In this document: piece after piece, positions 12,287 through 14,017 of the stretch | Layout of the letters: each line of letters opens with the position of its first letter | How positions within the stretch are numbered: the stretch's first letter is position 1 | DNA from: Candidatus Auribacterota bacterium | Lineage (GTDB): Bacteria > Auribacterota > UBA6266 | Assembly: GCA_023136205.1 (NCBI GenBank) | Contig: JAGLRQ010000124.1 | Span: 1-14,017 of the forward strand | Length of the DNA: 14,017 nt | Reading direction: 5' to 3' | Made by a program: the position numbers and the translations under genes | Notes under the pieces: model-generated | What the model saw: the letters and a program-made list of their open reading frames with translations, nothing else | What the model was told of the DNA's origin: nothing | Database searches by the model: none

Positions 12287-13981
12287 CTATTTTCTTTCTT
12301 CCTGTGTCAACCTCAGAACTTCTTCAACTGTAGTAATACCCTTCCTGGCTTTTTCCAGTCCATCCTGGCGCATATTTTTCATTCCGGCTTTTGCTGCCGC
12401 CTTTTTAATTTCATCGGTTGAAGTTTTAGCTATGGTCAGTTCACGGATTTCCTCATTCGGAATCATCAATTCGAAAATAGCAGCTCTGCCTTTATATCCG
12501 GTATTCATACATTTGTCACAACCATTTCCTCTGTAAAGGTTAATGCCCTTCTCTTTTGGATCTAATCCAAGCTCTTCCAGAACTTTTTCATTAGGCTTAT
12601 AAGATTCTTTGCACTCAGGGCAAATTTTTCTGACCAATCTTTGAGCTGCCACAGCAATAATGGCAGAAGATACCAAAAACGGTTCAAGCCCCATGTCCAC
12701 CAGCCTTGTTAAAGCGCCAGGCGCATCGTTGGTGTGCAAAGTAGAAAACACAATATGCCCGGTTAAAGCGGCATGGATAGCGATATCCGCGGTTTCCAGA
12801 TCTCTAATTTCTCCTACCATTATAACATCAGGATCCTGCCGCAATATAGAGCGAAGCCCATTGGAGAAAGTGAGATCTACTTTTTGGTTCACCTGAATTT
12901 GACGGACAAAATTCAACCGGTATTCGACAGGGTCTTCTATCGTAATAATATTCTTTTCCGTGTCGTTAATAGTACTCAATGAAGAGTATAAAGTTGTGGT
13001 TTTCCCGCATCCGGTGGGGCCGGTAACCAGTATAATCCCATAAGGCTTTTTTATAAGCATCTCATAATTTTTCAGGTTTTCCGGCGAAAGTCCCAGCTGT
13101 CTCAAACTAATCAGGGCAGTGTTCATATCCAGCAGTCTCATTACTACATTTTCTCCATACATGGTCGGAATACAGGAAACCCTGATGTCAATATCCCTAT
13201 TCTCCACTTTCATTTTAAACCTTCCATCCTGAGGCATCCTTCTCTCGGCAATATCCATGTTTGAAAGAATTTTTATTCTCGAAATGACAGCGGCCTGCAA
13301 ATCTTTGGGAATCAAGCTGGATTCATATAGTATACCGTCTATCCTGTTCCTTATCCTCAGTATCTTTTCATCCGGCTCAACGTGTATATCGCTTGCCTTA
13401 TCCTTAACCGCCTTAGCAACAATTAAATTAACCATCTTTATTACAGGAGGTTCTTCAACTATCTTGGTTATTTCCTTTGATCCTGATTCAGCTGTTATTT
13501 CAATCCTGGCCTTGTCAATGTCTTTAATTATTTCATCCACAGAGCCAACCATGCCATAATAAGAATCCACAGCCTTTTGAAGCCCTTTTTCAGTAACCAA
13601 CACGGTATCTATAGACCCTATTTTTGTCTTCATCCTTATATCATCAATTGCTGCTATATTCTGAGGATTAAGCATTCCAAGAGTTACAGTATCTCCCACC
13701 TTAAACAGAGGAATAGTTTTGTGTTTTTTAGCCAGATCTTCCGGAACAAGCTTTATCACTTCGGGATCTATTGTATAGTCTTCCAAATCTATATAAGGAA
13801 TTTCCAGGGTCTCCGCGCTGGCACTCGCAATTTCTTCTTCAGTAATGTAACCAAGTTTTTCAAGGGTTTTTTCCAAAGACCAGCCGGTCTTTTTCATGTC
13901 GTCATTCGCTGTTTTAATTTCTTCTTCTGTAATCAACCCCTTTTTAAGAAGCAACTTTACTGTATCCTGCTTTCTTGCCAT
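12287..13981 (-). CDS. pilB: Type IV pilus assembly / T2SS ATPase (PilB/GspE/MshE family) with one N-terminal T2SSE_N domain
   Basis: 564 aa. Walker A GPTGCGKTT (nt 13021..12998). Asp box ITIEDPVEY. Walker B DPDVIMVGEIRD. His box TGHIVFSTLHTNDA. Tetracysteine Zn motif CPEC...CDKC. SD AGGAG lies 6 nt before the ATG at 13981. Confidence 0.95.
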   Translation of the reverse strand: MARKQDTVKLLLKKGLITEEEIKTANDDMKKTGWSLEKTLEKLGYITEEEIASASAETLEIPYIDLEDYTIDPEVIKLVPEDLAKKHKTIPLFKVGDTVTLGMLNPQNIAAIDDIRMKTKIGSIDTVLVTEKGLQKAVDSYYGMVGSVDEIIKDIDKARIEITAESGSKEITKIVEEPPVIKMVNLIVAKAVKDKASDIHVEPDEKILRIRNRIDGILYESSLIPKDLQAAVISRIKILSNMDIAERRMPQDGRFKMKVENRDIDIRVSCIPTMYGENVVMRLLDMNTALISLRQLGLSPENLKNYEMLIKKPYGIILVTGPTGCGKTTTLYSSLSTINDTEKNIITIEDPVEYRLNFVRQIQVNQKVDLTFSNGLRSILRQDPDVIMVGEIRDLETADIAIHAALTGHIVFSTLHTNDAPGALTRLVDMGLEPFLVSSAIIAVAAQRLVRKICPECKESYKPNEKVLEELGLDPKEKGINLYRGNGCDKCMNTGYKGRAAIFELMIPNEEIRELTIAKTSTDEIKKAAAKAGMKNMRQDGLEKARKGITTVEEVLRLTQEERK

Positions 13982-13995
13982 TTTTAGCTCCTGCT

Positions 13996-14015
13996 TAACC
14001 GGTTATAACATAACC
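13996..14015. promoter_or_regulatory. Overlapping palindromes built from TAACC/GGTTA just upstream of the pilB SD (possible operator), truncated context at the window edge
   Basis: TAACCGGTTA (13996..14005) is a perfect 10 bp palindrome. GGTTAT-aac-ATAACC (14001..14015) is a 6 bp inverted repeat sharing the GGTTA unit. Confidence 0.25.
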
Positions 14016-14017
14016 GC

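Noticed and set aside
13850-13981. Possible c-di-GMP-binding MshEN motif in the ATPase N-terminus, suggested by the MSHA-like synteny
   Set aside because: When aligned to RLGxx(L/V/I)(L/V/I)xxG(L/V/I)(L/V/I)xxxxLxxxLxxQ, both copies lack the Arg, the Gly and the terminal Gln. The copies read DTVKLLLKKGLITEEEIKTANDDM and SLEKTLEKLGYITEEEIASASAET.
1-14017. Mobile element, genomic-island boundaries or a defence system
   Set aside because: No integrase, transposase, tRNA, long terminal inverted repeats or direct-repeat att-like sites were seen. No nuclease, helicase, methylase or toxin-like ORFs were found. Every ORF longer than 120 aa on the coding strand is accounted for by the filament machinery or the kinase.

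Overview
Every credible gene in this 14 kb window is on the minus strand. Together they form one large type IV filament (type IV pilus / type II secretion-like) locus. No database search was possible, so all assignments rest on motifs read directly from the translations.

Gene order along the minus strand (high to low coordinates):
- PilB/GspE/MshE-type assembly ATPase
- PilC/GspF platform protein
- GspG-like major (pseudo)pilin, with its own candidate promoter and a strong SD
- GspI-like minor pseudopilin
- GspJ-like minor pseudopilin
- a clean intrinsic terminator followed by a 269 nt repeat-rich spacer
- an oversized GspK-like tip pseudopilin that lacks Glu+5 and has the ININTA motif
- a 280 nt AT-rich, repeat-dense spacer
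- a PilM-PilN fusion with a TTG start
- PilO
- a bitopic PilP/GspC-like protein
- a PilQ/MshL-type secretin
- a short ExeA/GspA/MshM-type AAA+ ATPase
- a GspB/ExeB-like partner
- a soluble PAS histidine kinase that runs off the window at position 1

No transposase, integrase, CRISPR array, tRNA or rRNA was seen. Plus-strand ORFs in the track are antisense shadows.

Most interesting points:
1. The machine mixes T2SS-style pseudopilins, a T4P-style alignment complex and an MSHA/Exe-style ATPase module.
2. The GspK-like protein carries a roughly 200-250 aa extra domain and is transcriptionally separated from G/I/J.
3. The same C-terminal beta-domain occurs in the two small bitopic proteins flanking the secretin gene.
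4. PilM and PilN are fused, with the INLLP motif kept at the junction.
5. Several families of short direct and inverted repeats are confined to the intergenic spacers.

The locus looks like an unusual variant of a known machine family rather than a wholly new system.
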